Source: Podarcis pityusensis (lineage: Eukaryota). Taken from it: a stretch of DNA of 64,000 nucleotides. How positions within the stretch are numbered: the stretch's first letter is position 1; each line of letters starts with the position of its first letter. Position numbers and translations under genes: made by a program. The notes below the pieces were generated by a model. The model was not told where the DNA came from. It was given only the letters and a program-made list of their open reading frames with translations, and did no database searches. Location: assembly GCA_964106645.2 (NCBI GenBank), contig OZ067051.1; one strand, written 5' to 3'. Shown one piece after another: positions 1-12,578 of the stretch.

Positions 1-568
1 TCCCAGTTTACAACAGCCCTCTCAGGTTAGGATGTGAGATAAAGACTCTCCGAGTCCCCCACTGAATTTCATGACAGAGAGGAATTTTTAACCTGTGCCC
101 CATTACACCATGTTATCGCAATAATCCTTATATATAGGTCAATATTCTTATCCTCACATTGCAGTGGTGGAGAGGAAGCAGGGATAAAAAGTTAATAGGT
201 TGCCTAAAGACACCCATAAGGTTCATAGCAGAGATGAGACTAGAATTGATGACTTCTTTGTGTATAGTTCATTGTACGGTTAGTATGGTACCCTAGCTCT
301 AAAAGTTTTAATTAAAGCTATTTATTTATAATGAAATTTTATGTCTCACCTTTATAAGCATGTGCCACTCAAAAGTTTCTGTTGAATGCAGGGGACGAAA
401 AGGTCTTGGGTGTGGGATAAGTTATTGAACAGGCTCATGTACAGGAGAACAATCACTTCTTCCCATAAGTTATATCATACCCAAGTTATTTCCTGCTTCT
501 CATGCCACTTTCCCCTGTAACGATTGTTAACATCGATGGTCCACAAACTCATTCACCTATTAGACGAG

Positions 569-1009
569 CAGGGTTTGAAATTAGCAGGGCGCCAGGAGCA
601 TTTCGTGCCTAAAGATTCTCCATTTGCGAGCACCTCAAAAGGTCTGGGTGCCATTTTTTTGCACCTGGCTGACTGAAATGTATGTGCTTTGAAGCCCTGA
701 AGTATATGTTAAGGATAGACAGTATGTTAAACAATAAAGAGTAGAGTGTTTTGAAAACTGAAGTATGATACCAATATTTTTATTGTAAACACCAAATTAA
801 ACATGTATTAACAATTTCTGTTAAAAATGTGATATTAACAATGTGTCAATTATGTGAATTGTGTAGTAGTTCATGCTTATCAAAATAAATAAAAAGAAAG
901 TGTTACTGCCCCCCCCCCCATGGCAACTAAACATTTTGTTTTGGCACCCACAACCCAAGTCCCATGAGCCAGTTGGCTCCTATTTTTTCTATCCCAGTTT
1001 CTAACACTG
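569..1009. mobile_element. Degenerate hAT-like non-autonomous DNA transposon
   Basis: Imperfect TIRs cagggtttgaaa / tttctaacactg; 8-bp flanks tagacgag vs tagtcaag (6/8 match). Confidence 0.5.
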
Positions 1010-2762
1010 TAGTCAAGGAAACCTGGTGAGGGCAATATCAAGGAGAATTCCTATACTACTACTGAACCGAGAAGGATGAAGAATCTCCCTGGCAGTTTCC
1101 TAAGCCTTGCAAATACTTTGAGAGCCGCGAGACTTTTCTCTGATTGCTGGAATGTCTATACTCAGCACAACAGGCATGAACTGTCACCTTTTTGCAGTTC
1201 AGCATGGTGGAAGAAGGAAGAACCCCCTCCTTCCTTCCCCACAACTTGCAATGGACCTTGAGCAGCTGCCATGCAAGCCACTTCAGGGGGTGCAGGATCA
1301 GAGCAAGCAGAAATGTGGCCAACTACCAAGGCCAGTCAAAATTGATGGGCCCCTGATTAAAATGTGTGTGCAAAACCAGATTTGAAGTTTTCATCTCAGA
1401 CAGGTGCTCAGCGTTTTTCTTCAGGCTTTTTCTCACTGAACATGTCTGACTATTGAAGTGACGGATGTGTATCTTCCACCCACTTCCTCAAATGTAGCTT
1501 AAGAATCTACATAGGGAGAAATAGTGGAACAAGCAGACTGAACTGAGGAAACATATTGGGTGTATTTTGTGTACTGTGTGTAATGAGAGGGCACTGCTCT
1601 TCTCCATTACAGCTTCACTATGACACACATCTAAAACCACTGGAGTCTGTTATTTCAGTATTTCTCCTCTCTGCTATCAAAGACAGCTTTCCTGCTTGTC
1701 CAAGTAATTTAATACGAACTCCATGCAATTCTTTGTTTTCGGTCCCCACTTTGTCATTGATCTTTCTGGTAAGAAGTATATTATGTCTTTCTTTTTCAAG
1801 TTCTATGTAGTTTGCCACTGATTTAGAAAGGTAGTTGGGCTCTGGCATGTGTCAACTGGGGAAATATGCCTAAGTGGAGGTGGAGAAGGGTGTCTTTAAT
1901 GCCTGTTAATATTTGTTTTCTATTAGCTGGCTGGATAACCTTTTGAGTGTGCTGTATTTGCCAGGAGCAGTGTGAAGAATGCTGTTCTAACTATCCTGAG
2001 AAACCCCAGAAGAGAGCTGGGTTCAGTTTACGTCCCTTGGTGTGATTGTCAATTAAGAACTTGACCCAGAACATTTGAGTACTTGTCAAAGCACTGCCCT
2101 AACAACTAATTACCTGTGCAGTGATATGCTCGTATGCCTGCATAAGAAACCTGATTCCCTCAATCTTCTCAAATCTGGCCAGACTGACTTTAGCACCTTT
2201 CTTTAGTGGAGGGCACTCCATTAAAGCTGGATGCACTCTTGAATTATTTTGACCTGATCTGACTACTTGAGTATCCCAGGGTGGTGGCCAGAAGGCACAT
2301 TCTGTGGCTACCTTGCTAAAGCTAAGCATATGTGAGTCTGGTTTGTGCCTGAAACCCTTGAGTTCATCACAGGGGTGTGGAGGGAGCAAAAGAAGAATGT
2401 AATAAGACAGGTATCTTCAATCTTTTCAGACCCACTTTTAACCCCAGCATTCATTTGGGGACCCTTTAAAAAAATATTTCATCATATATTTGCATGATGG
2501 TAGTGCTCCTGTTGTGACCTACCTTTGATCAGACCGTGATCCTCCAGTTGAAGATTAGTGTACGTACACCCCCCACCCCCGCTTCCACATCACTTCTAAG
2601 TAAACTTGGGTCTCTCTTTTAAAAAAAGCAACCTTTGCTCCATTGCTTAAAAGGAAGATATTGTGTGTTTGTGAAAACACAGTGCATCAGGCCTACCCTT
2701 TCTCTTGCCCACAATCCTTGTTTGCTTCACATTTTGAATACCATTACTTTTATCAGAATAAA

Positions 2763-3123
2763 AGGTAAAGGTACCCCTGCCTGTACAGGCCAGTCGTGTC
2801 CGACTCTGGGGTTGCGTGCTCATCTCGCTTAAGAGGCCGGGAGCCAGCACTGTCCAAAGACACTTCCGGGTCACGTGGCCAGCGTGACGAAGCTGCTTTG
2901 GCGAGCCAGCAACAGCGCAGCGCACGGAAACGCCGTTACCTTCCCGCTATAAAGCGGTACCTATTTATCTACTTGCACTTGGGGGTGCTTTTGAACTGCT
3001 AGGTGGGCAGGAGCTGGGACCGAACGATGGGAGCTCACCCCGCCGCGGGGATTCGAACCGCCGACCATGCAATCGGCAAGTCCTAGGCACTGAGGTTTTA
3101 CCCACAGCGCCACCCGCGCCACC
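2763..3123 (-). mobile_element. Sauria SINE, full length
   Basis: Reverse-complement SINE with ACCTTT-type tail and pol III boxes; TSD tttatcagaataaa at 2749-2762 and 3124-3137. Confidence 0.9.
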
Positions 3124-3553
3124 TTTATCAGAATAAATCATGCCAATTTATGCAGACTTGTTCAGAGAAGGCTGGCTAATTCAAGAGCACCTAAATCTAT
3201 ATTTCATGCCATGTTAAGAAACCTCACACTGGCAGGCAGTCTAAACTTGTGGAATTGTTTGCTACCTATCAGAATGACTCAAGGTGAGAACCTAACAAGT
3301 ACAGGAGCTAAAATGTCAGATTTGGATAAATTCTCATCTAGCTGCAAAGCATGCTGAGCTGGCCCTACTAAAACAGAGTGTGACTTCCTTATAGTTTAGG
3401 CTTCATCTGAAAATAAGCCAGAGTTGTGAACTACTCTGCTGAAAAGTGCTGTAAAATTTATTTCAGGATCTGAGAGAGATTATAGCATGAGGCGGAAAAT
3501 GTGGTTAGATTAGGCTGTAAATGATTACCATGCACACATCAAATATGTTAGAT

Positions 3554-3680
3554 CAGTGGTTCTTAAAGGGTGTGACAGCGCAACCACACTGGTGTGGCAT
3601 GCAGGAGAGGATGGCAGGAAGATTCAAGGGCAATCAAAGAAATATTTAAACATTTCATTGTAATATAGTATAGTGCAGTG

Positions 3681-3720
<40 letters not shown>

Positions 3721-3930
3721 ACCAGAAGCAGTACCCACGCTTCACTTCAAGAGGTTATTCTTCTGCAGTTCTCCACAATATATTGTTGTGAACAAGGATT
3801 TTCAAGTTTGACAACTATGGAAGACCAGAAAAGAGAAAGGCTTATTTGTGTTGATGAGGTGAAAGTTTGTTTGTCTTAAATTAGACCTAATATAAATGAG
3901 ATTACCCAGCATAAAGCAAGCTCACACCTT
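3554..3930 (+). mobile_element. hAT (Charlie/Buster-like) transposon remnant encoding a decayed C-terminal dimerisation domain
   Basis: Starts CAGTGGTTCTTAAA; translates FSTIYCCEQGFSSLTTM..KRERLICVDEVKVCLS*IRPNI, resembling the hAT motif FxTTYLCExGFS. Confidence 0.7.
3680..3720. repeat. (TA)n(CA)n microsatellite
   Basis: Read directly from the sequence. Confidence 0.95.
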
Positions 3931-3938
3931 TGTATATA

Positions 3939-4305
3939 GGTAAAAAGGTAAAGGACCCCTAGACGGTTAAGTCCAGTCAAAGGTGACTATGGGGAGCAGC
4001 GCTCATTTAGCTTCAGGCTGAGGGAGCCGACATTTGTTCACAGACAGCTTTCTGGGTCATGTGGCCAGCCTGACTAAACCGCTTCTGGCGCAATAGGACA
4101 CCGTGACGAGTGCCAGAGTGCACAGAAACGCCGTTTACCTTCCTGCCATAGCGGTACCTATTTATCTACTTGCACTGGTGTGTTTTCAAACTGCTAGGTT
4201 GGCAGGAGCTGGGACAGAGCAACAGGGGCTCACCTCGTCACGGGGATTCGAACCGTCAACCTTCTGATTGGCAAGCCCAAGAGGCTCAGTGGTTTAGACC
4301 ACTAC
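3939..4305 (-). mobile_element. Sauria SINE, more diverged subfamily
   Basis: Shares the core gcggtacctatttatctacttgcac...ggattcgaacc with the other copies. Confidence 0.88.
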
Positions 4306-6680
4306 CCATAGTTGCCTTTGACTGGACTTAACCTAGGCTTGCCATATTTCAAAAAGTAAAACAGACCCCAAATTGTTGAGCTTTGTGGTGTATATGATGC
4401 CACGCGAAAATAGGTTTATTGAGGATGAAGGTGGTGTGAGGAGAAACGGCAGTTGGGCTGAAGGGAGAGGAAGGGGATGGGGAGGGCAACTAACAGGTGT
4501 GCGCACACAAAGAGAGACTGGCCCCACGTGCTGCCCACCATCCACCCTCAACGACACACTCTCTTCTCTTGGCTGCCCCCCTTTTGCCATTGGTGCCCTT
4601 CTAGGCAGCCTCAGAGACAGAGAGAGACTAGTAGTTCGGGGCTGTGCGGTGCATTAGAGCTTCAACGAAAATGCTTGTTTCCCTTGGCCTTAAGTGTTTC
4701 ATGTGGTTTAGCATTTGGTCAGGATTTGCCATATTTACCTCTCATATATTGTTGCAATCAATATTCTGTTTTGAGCTGCTGATTGAAGACAAATGAGGTG
4801 AACAGCTTGTGCTCATAATGTTACAGCTTTTAAAGATATCCCATTTCCAAGCACATGCTCCAACAGAACCAAGGTTGAATTCATTAGTCCCAGTGTTTGG
4901 TGGTGCAGGGAGTACTTCACTACGGTGTTCACAACTCCCATTGCTCTAGGCACATTTTGTGACAGGGAATTAGATTAGCACGAGCAGTTTCTGAGCTCTG
5001 GGCGCTGAACTGCGCCTACGATTGCAGAATAAAACTGCAGAGTGGAAGGAAAGAAGGACCTTTTTCTGCCTTCCCACTTCCAGCTACTCTCTGAAGACTG
5101 GAGAAGAGACCCTCTTAAGAATATTAGGAGGGGGTGGGCAGGGGAATGACTAGACCATGTGAAAAATGGAACATAATATTTTAGCTGCAGTTCATTCATT
5201 TTCAGTTTTGTATTCTTGTTATAAAAAAGCGTGCCCGGACATTCCGTTGTTGCACCCATAATCTAGGTTGAAGGTGCCATTTAGCTCAGTTTTTAACACT
5301 GCTTCACTACTCTTTAGACATAGCAGCTGAAATCTAAAAAATGAGTTTCTTTTGTATTCTAAAGAGCTCACTCGGAACCCAGCCCACTGGAGTATAGGAA
5401 TTATAAAAAATTTCCCAAATCTTCTTGCTTCCTCTTCCAGAGAGCCTTTTATTTTGAATTATGCACTGATGGAATTAAAACACATCCTTTTTGTAAATGT
5501 CTGGCAGTGCACATGGATTTAGAGTTGAATACATTTGGAATTGCGGGTAGAATTGCAGCATGGCTGAGATTCCCATTTTACAGATAAGAAAAGTGGATAA
5601 GAAGGAACAGTTTGAGCCATGGCAAGCTAGGAAAGACCCCAGTTTTCCAGAATTGTTCAGCATTGTGTCTACGAAGGCCAGAATAGGGTTCGGAAGGTAA
5701 CCTTGGAAGGTGTACCTGGTCTTTGTCTGCTGCTGCAGGGGGATACAGTACTTGGCAATAGGTTATCTTTTGTTGTTGTTGACCTCTTTTCTTATCCTGA
5801 GTTGGACAACTGGTCAATTAATTCAGTATTGTCTACAGTGAATGGCAGCAGCTTTCTAGGGTTTCAGACAGGGGTCCCTCCCAACCCTACTTAGAGATGC
5901 TGGAGGTGGAACCTGGGACCTTTTGGATTTTGAATCCCAGTGCAAGGCAAAGGAGTACAGAATAGCAGTTCTGAGCATTCTGGCCAAGCATGGAACCGGG
6001 AAAGATTTTTTTAAAAAAAACCTTTTCGAAAATATTTGTATGTAATAGCATACAAAGTAGCTTAGAGAACTGAAGAAAAAGTATGGTAGAAAGTCTTGTG
6101 TACAGTTCTGCTTTTGCATCTGCTGTCAAAAATGTGATTAAAGAATAACTTAGAGCATATAAACGCAGGATTGGTTTTGACAACCGTCCATTCTTTATCG
6201 TTATTAGAATAACCTTCTCTCAACAAACATTCTTAAGGGATAGGTTTCTATTTTAAGCTTATGAAGAGAATATGAAAATGCAGTATTTTGTTGCTAAGAA
6301 ACAAACTGCAGTGTGTAAGCCTGTCTAAATGTAGGTTTTGTAAAGGTGTTTCTGAGTTCAGAACTGGTTAAGTATATTTTTCCTTACCACTACTTTCCAT
6401 TGGAAATTGAGGAAATCCAGTTGTAACAGGGTGGACACTCTAGAAATGTAGTTTTGTATGTTAAAAGCTAAAAATATTTTTCAGGCATAGTTTTGGAAAG
6501 CTCTCTAGAACAGTTGCGATGCTGGATTCCTTGAGCTCTGGCTGCCTGCTTTTGTCATTTAATACTGAATATGCAACAATAGTTAGGCTTCATTCTCTGT
6601 GTAACATTTTAAAAGCAAATTCTTACCTGTTCTAACAATACTTCGGCTATCTTATTCATCCATAACTATTAGTAAGATGA

Positions 6681-7047
6681 CTAGGCTGTGTACACTCTGT
6701 TACTTAGAGCACATTCAAAGCACATTTCTCCCCTCAAAGAATTCTGGGCAATGTGGTTTGTTAAGAGTTGCTGAGAATTGTAGCTCTTTGAGGGGTAAAC
6801 TACAGTGCCCACAATTCTTTTTAGGGGGGACATGTGATTTGAATGTACAGTACCTCGGTTCCCGAACATAATCATCTTGCTCTCAGCGGAAGCCACATCA
6901 CATGTTCGGGTTCCAAAAAACGTTAGAAAACGGAAGCATTTACTTCCAGGTTTTTGGCATTTGGCTTCTGAAACATTTGACAGCGGGGGCATTTGGGAAC
7001 TGAGGTATCCTGTACTTTAAAGGTGTATGTTGTGCATGTAGCCTTAG
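6681..7047. mobile_element. Palindromic non-autonomous element with a Tc1/mariner-type MITE (6848-7012) nested inside
   Basis: Outer element resembles those at 15100-15306 and 17960-18130; inner element has TIRs cagtacctcggttccc / gggaactgaggtatcctg flanked by TA. Confidence 0.6.
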
Positions 7048-7446
7048 GCCCTGTTAGACGAGCTTGTTTGAGCTCACCTTACTCATCCCTTCCTCTCTTG
7101 TGTGCAAATTCCCCTGCCCTCTTCTTCCTAGGTATGCCCAGTCTTGATCTGTAAACCCTGGCTTTGGTACTTAAACAGATCCTTTGTTCCATTAAGGGCT
7201 CTGTGAACTCTGCCTCCACACTTCCAAATTCCGTAATAAGAATGCCCAAATGTGCTTGTAAACACAAAACTTAAATGGATCTACACTGCATAATTTTGCT
7301 CACAAGATTGAGGAGGGTTTTTGGTTTTTTAATTTTTTTGTGAGGAGAATGTTTGATAGATTAATTAAAGAAAAAAACCTTAGAGCAATATTAGGTTGAA
7401 CTAGGAGAACCTAATGTTAACACTGTTCTTGAAATGTCATTGTCAG

Positions 7447-7537
7447 GCATCAGAAGAGGCCTCGCTGCGAGCTTTGGAGAGTCTAATGACAGAGTTTTTC
7501 CACAATTGCACTACTAATGAAAGGAAGCGTGAGATTG
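7447..7537 (+). CDS. XPO6: Exportin-6 coding exon 2 (ASEEASLRALESLMTEFFHNCTTNERKREI)
   Basis: Matches the vertebrate XPO6 N-terminus. cag acceptor at 7444-7446, GTAAG donor at 7538; 91 nt. Confidence 0.96.
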
Positions 7538-7869
7538 GTAAGCTCAGTATCATTTCCACATTCTCCAACCTCAGTACCAAATGCCTTTGGCTAGGCATGA
7601 CACCTGAAAGGATGGCAACAGGTTTCATAGTTAAAATCTGTGGGTTTTATCCAGCTAAGATATTCTCTGAGTAGTTCTACCATTGGATGCAACCCAGTGT
7701 ATATTTTTTATATGTCCACTTCATTTCATATTTCACTGCATGCTTAAAGCTCCTTGAATGCAACCAAAGCTTTCAGAAACACATAGGCCTCCCTTGACTG
7801 GAGGGCAGATGTCATTTGGATGATCAAAGTACAAATATCTGTGCTTAGTGCTTGATCAAGTCTTGCTTA

Positions 7870-8222
7870 AAGGTAAAGGGACCCCTGACCATTAGGTCCA
7901 GTCGTGACCGACTCTGGGGTTGCGGCGCTCATCTCGCTTTACTGGCCGAGGGAGCCGGTGTACAGCTTCCGGGTCATGTGGCCAGCATGACTAAGCCGCT
8001 TCTGGCGAACCAGAGCAGCGCACAGAAACGCCGTTTACCTTCCCGCCGGAGCGGTACCTATTTATCTACTTGCACTTTGACGTGCTTTCGAACTGCTAGG
8101 TTGGCAGGAGCAGGGACCGAGCAACGGGAGCTCACCCCGTCGCGGGGATTCGAACCGCCGACCTTCTGATCGGCAAGCCCTAGGCTCTGTGGTTTAGACC
8201 ACAGCACCACCTGCGTCCCTAT
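7870..8222 (-). mobile_element. Sauria SINE, young, full length
   Basis: CpG-rich; TSD aagtcttgctta at 7858-7869 and 8223-8234. Confidence 0.93.
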
Positions 8223-9722
8223 AAGTCTTGCTTAGAAGCCCCCAAAAACCTACATGAATGAATAGATGTGTTACAATGCCTCTTTAGCTGTGAATTAGTG
8301 AACCACTCAGAAGGAATTGTTACTACTTCAGGCAAGTCGATAATGGCATTTCCTACATGATGTGCTGTTATAGAGGTGGGGGTCTCCAACATGAAACCCA
8401 TGGGCATCACTGTGCCCTCAGATACCCTCTCTCTGACACTGCCAAGACCCCCCTCTCGCTCCCAATCTTTAATTTTGTTTTGTATTATCTTTGGGAGAAA
8501 ATGACTCTTGAGGAGACTGGCTTGTTTGGGGGGTTTACTCTTCTGAGTATTCCAGTTGTTGTTCTGTGAAATTCCAGTTGTTGTTCTGTGAAATTAGCAT
8601 TTTATGGTGCCAACAACAACTTTTTAGATTTCTAGATGTGTCCCTGGGCCCCAAAAGGCCAGGTACCCCTGCCATGTAGACTCTGTGCCTTTTTTACTTA
8701 ATAGATGCACAAGCAGAAATGCACAAATGGAATTCAGAAAGTATGCGTGAGTTATTTAGCTTTTTGTGGAACTGCAAAACTGCAAGTTCTTACTTTCTCC
8801 CACTTGCTGCCGCCTCCTGCATCCATTTCAGCATGGGAATAGTCTGCATACCACAATATGCCCCCAGAGGACTCTTTCAAAAGAAATTTTCTCTGCTGGG
8901 AGGCATGAGCTAGGTTCAGAGCCATTATCTTTAGGTATCCAGTCATTGGAAGGGTGATTCAAGTCTGACGTGAACCATAATGAGAACCTATTATCCTTCT
9001 CTTGACTCCCTTTGGATAAGTTGTTTTGAGTCAAATTTAGATGCAGAGGTTGACCCACCTCTTTAAACGTGCAGTTGGCTCAATCATGTGTAAAGCAGGA
9101 GTTCTAATTTTAAGAATGAAAGGGGTACACGAGGAGGAGGGGTTGTTGAAATTGCTCCCCCTCCCTCCATAGGTTACCTCACCCCCACAATCTTGTCTTC
9201 CAGAAGTACCAGAAATGAACCTGGCATAAGCAGTGGACATGGAGAGAAATTAGTACCCCTTACGTGTGTCTTCCTTTGTTCTCAAAACAGAATGCACACA
9301 GGACACACACCCTTTTCTTGCTTGACATGTGCTCAGGTCAGGGCTGCAATTAAAGAGACCAGTCTTACAGCACCATCATGTCTAGTGTGTTCCTTGGACC
9401 TGCCAGACTCCCATGTCTGTTACCTAAATTCAGAAGCCCATTGTTTCCTTTAGAAATCTGCTTGGCCTTCCCTGCTTTCCACCATTGGATGATAAACGCA
9501 GAGAGCTAGCAGTCCTGAGCTTCCTTACTTTTATGTTCAAGAAGGTACTACATTTTGTACCCCAGGTTGCCCCAAAGTCCAATTGCATAATAGCCTGTGA
9601 GCCCTTCCCTGCCCCCTGTGTAAGGTGTAGTTTATTTGGAACTATTGAATTGGCTATTGAATTGCCAAATGACTTGAAATTCTATGAATTTTAACACAGT
9701 TTTTGGCTTTTTTTTTAACCAG

Positions 9723-9835
9723 AGGAGCTCCTGAACAACTTTGCCCAGCAGATTGGCGCCTGGAGATTCTGCCTCTATTTCCTGTCGAGCACAAGAAATG
9801 ACTATGTAATGATGTACAGTTTGACAGTGTTTGAG
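9723..9835 (+). CDS. XPO6: Exportin-6 exon 3 (EELLNNFAQQIGAWRFCLYFLSSTRNDYVMMYSLTVFE)
   Basis: AG/GT boundaries, 113 nt, phase continuous with its neighbours. Confidence 0.96.
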
Positions 9836-9931
9836 GTAAGGTACTAGGCAAGAGTAAACTTGCTCAAAGCATGCCTCTTACAAGTTCTGTTTCACTCCGT
9901 TAACTCTGTTGTGGTGATAATTCGAGCTGGT

Positions 9932-10065
9932 CCAGGGGTATGGATAGCCTTGGGTCCCCAGATGGTATTGGACTATAACTCCCATGAGCCCTGGCCAGCA
10001 TGGTTGCGAATGATAGGTACTATAGTCCAGTAACATCTGGGGACCCAAGGTTGGAAAAGGCTGCC
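9932..10065. mobile_element. Short palindromic MITE (related copies near 16500, 20850, 30160, 38690, 45570)
   Basis: gggtccccagatg...ggactataactcccat / gtactatagtcc...catctggggaccc inverted structure, recurring through the window. Confidence 0.65.
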
Positions 10066-10700
10066 TTAGATTATTCTTCCGCTATACCATCAGATTGTTT
10101 GCTGTGTTTAATGACAACGTTTTGCACTATGAATATTTCCCATTCCATACATCAGCAGAGGTGATGAGTTTGAATTGATTTTTTGTAACCCTGATTTAAA
10201 GATAGCAAATGTTGGTCTCCTGTTATTCTTACAGATGGGTTTTTCTTTTGGCAGACAGATTTCCATTATCTTGTTTATTTATTGCATTTTATGAGATAAT
10301 TCCCAAGAATTTCAGTCTAGCCTTAGTATTAATGATCACCATTAAATATATCCCTTGTTTTTTGTTAGCTGTCTTGAAAGGTTAAATATTTTCTGCTCTG
10401 GCCATGAACAGAGGACATGCTTTAGGTGCTAAGTAGTAGGGTTACAATTTCCCCTCTTTACGATTCCCTCTTGGGAATACATCGTTCAATTGTAAGCAAG
10501 TATTTTACTGTTTAATTCCATTACTAAGTAAATATTCTGAAGCAGATTTCCAGATAGTCAGCATTTTCCTAGATTTGGTATTGTGCCCTCTAGGTTAATA
10601 TGATGACTGTCAGCTCTTAATAGTAGCCATAAGCAAGATATTTCAAAGATTCCAAGTTTAGTACAAAATGACACCTCACTTTCTTTTGTTCTTCCCACAG

Positions 10701-10898
10701 AACCTGATTAACAAGATGTGGCTTGGGGTTCCATCACAAGATAAAATGGAGATTCGCAGCTGCCTGCCCAAGCTTCTTTTGACTCACCACAAAACTCTGC
10801 CTTACTTCATTAGGAACAAACTTTGCAAAGTCATTGTGGATATTGGCCGGCAAGACTGGCCAATGTTCTACCATGACTTCTTTACAAACATCTTACAG
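10701..10898 (+). CDS. XPO6: Exportin-6 exon 4 (NLINKMWLGVPSQDK...FFTNILQ)
   Basis: Lies in ORF 10668..10925; cag/gtaag; 198 nt. Confidence 0.97.
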
Positions 10899-11447
10899 GT
10901 AAGGCAGTCCTTAGAAAATCCTTGACTGAAGTCGGCTTTCTTGAGCATGTCCAAATGAAAAATTTGAGAGAGGGAATGATGGCCTAATATGTTAGTACAT
11001 TTTCAGTTTTCTTGTTGAAGGGAAACCAAAGGATAAAATTGTGATGTGTTTCCTAAAAATCCTTTCATTTTGTTAAAGCCTAGCTTGTCTTACATAAATA
11101 TATCATCTTCAGTAACACAGCTGTCTAAAATCTGCTAACTTTTAGTTCTAGTATAAGAGAGCATGCTATGAACCCAAGTGCCATAGCTAAAATTTTCATT
11201 TAGCCATGCTCTTATTTGAATCATCTCACCATCTCTCTACTTCAGCATGCTATCTGTAATATGCATATAATAAACTAGTCTACCTTTCAAAGTTAGTGTT
11301 AGAATTATGTGATATATATTGCCCTCAGAAAACAGCATTTTATAAATGCACGTTGTATTATTAGAATTGCCATATCACAGGGAGCTAGCATTTTCAAGTA
11401 AATGATTAAAAATCTGTACTGTTGCTTAGACTGGCTTCACACATTGC

Positions 11448-11710
11448 TTATTCTGGTGTGGAAGTCCATCTCCGTGCCAGGAAAAGCAGGTATTGTGTTA
11501 TGTGTGAACAGTCTTGCCAGTGTCTGTCAACTTGGGGGACATCCATTATGTGTAATGGCTACACAAAGTTGACAGACACTGGCAAGACTGTTCACACATA
11601 ACACAATACCTGCTTTTCCTGGCATGGAGATGGACTTCCACACCAGAATAATTGGTCCTCCAGAGATGCACTCTGTTGTAACATGTAAGTGCATCTCTGG
11701 AGGACCAATT
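11448..11710. repeat. Two abutting inverted repeats (86-bp arms with 32-nt spacer; 23-bp arms with 15-nt spacer)
   Basis: 11448-11533 is the reverse complement of 11566-11651 (1 mismatch); 11650-11672 is the exact reverse complement of 11688-11710. Confidence 0.95.
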
Positions 11711-12020
11711 CCTGTATTATGCTGGTACCATTTTTTATTTTTTTTTTCTTTTCTCTCTCATTCAATATTCCAGGTAATTTTTGCCCTTCTGTTTACTACA
11801 ATGAATATATAGCTCTTTCCCACTTTGTCTTTCCACTGATGTCTTTGGGACTAGAAGATGGCATGTAGAAGCTTTCCTGTTCAAAAACACTGTAGAGATA
11901 AGATGTCTGCATTCTAAGGCTAAATTTATTGCCCCCCCCCCCCTTTAGAACTCTGTAGTTCATCTACCAAATTCAAAGAAGCTGTTGTCTGCTAATACTT
12001 AAACCTGACTTTCCTAACAG

Positions 12021-12180
12021 TTGATCCAATCCCCTGCGACAACTCCACTTGGGCTGATCATGCTGAAGACGACATCGGAAGAGTTGGCATGCCCACGGGA
12101 GGACCTCAGCATAGCAAGGAAGGAAGAGTTGCGCAAACTGCTCCTGGAGCAGGTTCAGACTGTCCTTGGGCTTCTCACAG
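12021..12180 (+). CDS. XPO6: Exportin-6 exon 5 (LIQSPATTPLGLIMLKTTSEELACPREDL...LGLLT)
   Basis: cag/gttagt; 160 nt. Confidence 0.96.
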
Positions 12181-12500
12181 GTTAGTGGAAATGACAGACA
12201 TGTGGTGGTGGAGGGGGCAGCATCCTTGTATTAAAGCAGTACAAAATATGAGACCCTGATGAGACAACGGTCATAACTTCCTCTGACATAAGAATACAGC
12301 AGAACTATTAATTCTCGTGACGCCTAAGCAAACAATATGGAGCTCTTCTTCAAGGCATGTACTGAGTTCCTCTGTCAGGCTTGGAACAATGCTTTCCCTG
12401 GGTGCAGGAGCAGCCTTAGTTTACATGAAACTGTTACTTAATGTGGTATAATGGGAACTCTCATGCAATTGCTGGGGATTTTGCTCTTCTTTTCTGATAG

Positions 12501-12578
12501 GTATTTTGGAAAGCATCTGGGATAAGTACAGTGTCACTGCTGCCACTCCACCACCATCTCCAACTTCAGGAGAAAGTG
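12501..12578 (+). CDS. XPO6: Exportin-6 exon 6 (GILESIWDKYSVTAATPPPSPTSGES)
   Basis: tag/gtaag; 78 nt. Confidence 0.95.

Noticed and set aside
7414-7446. In-frame ATG upstream of XPO6 exon 2 as a start codon
   Set aside because: It lies before a good acceptor. Orthologues begin M-ASEE with the ATG on exon 1, and no promoter-like CpG island is present in 1-7400.
7852-8169. 105-aa ORF and similar ORFs at 2796, 59362 and 59514
   Set aside because: Translations of Sauria SINE sequence.
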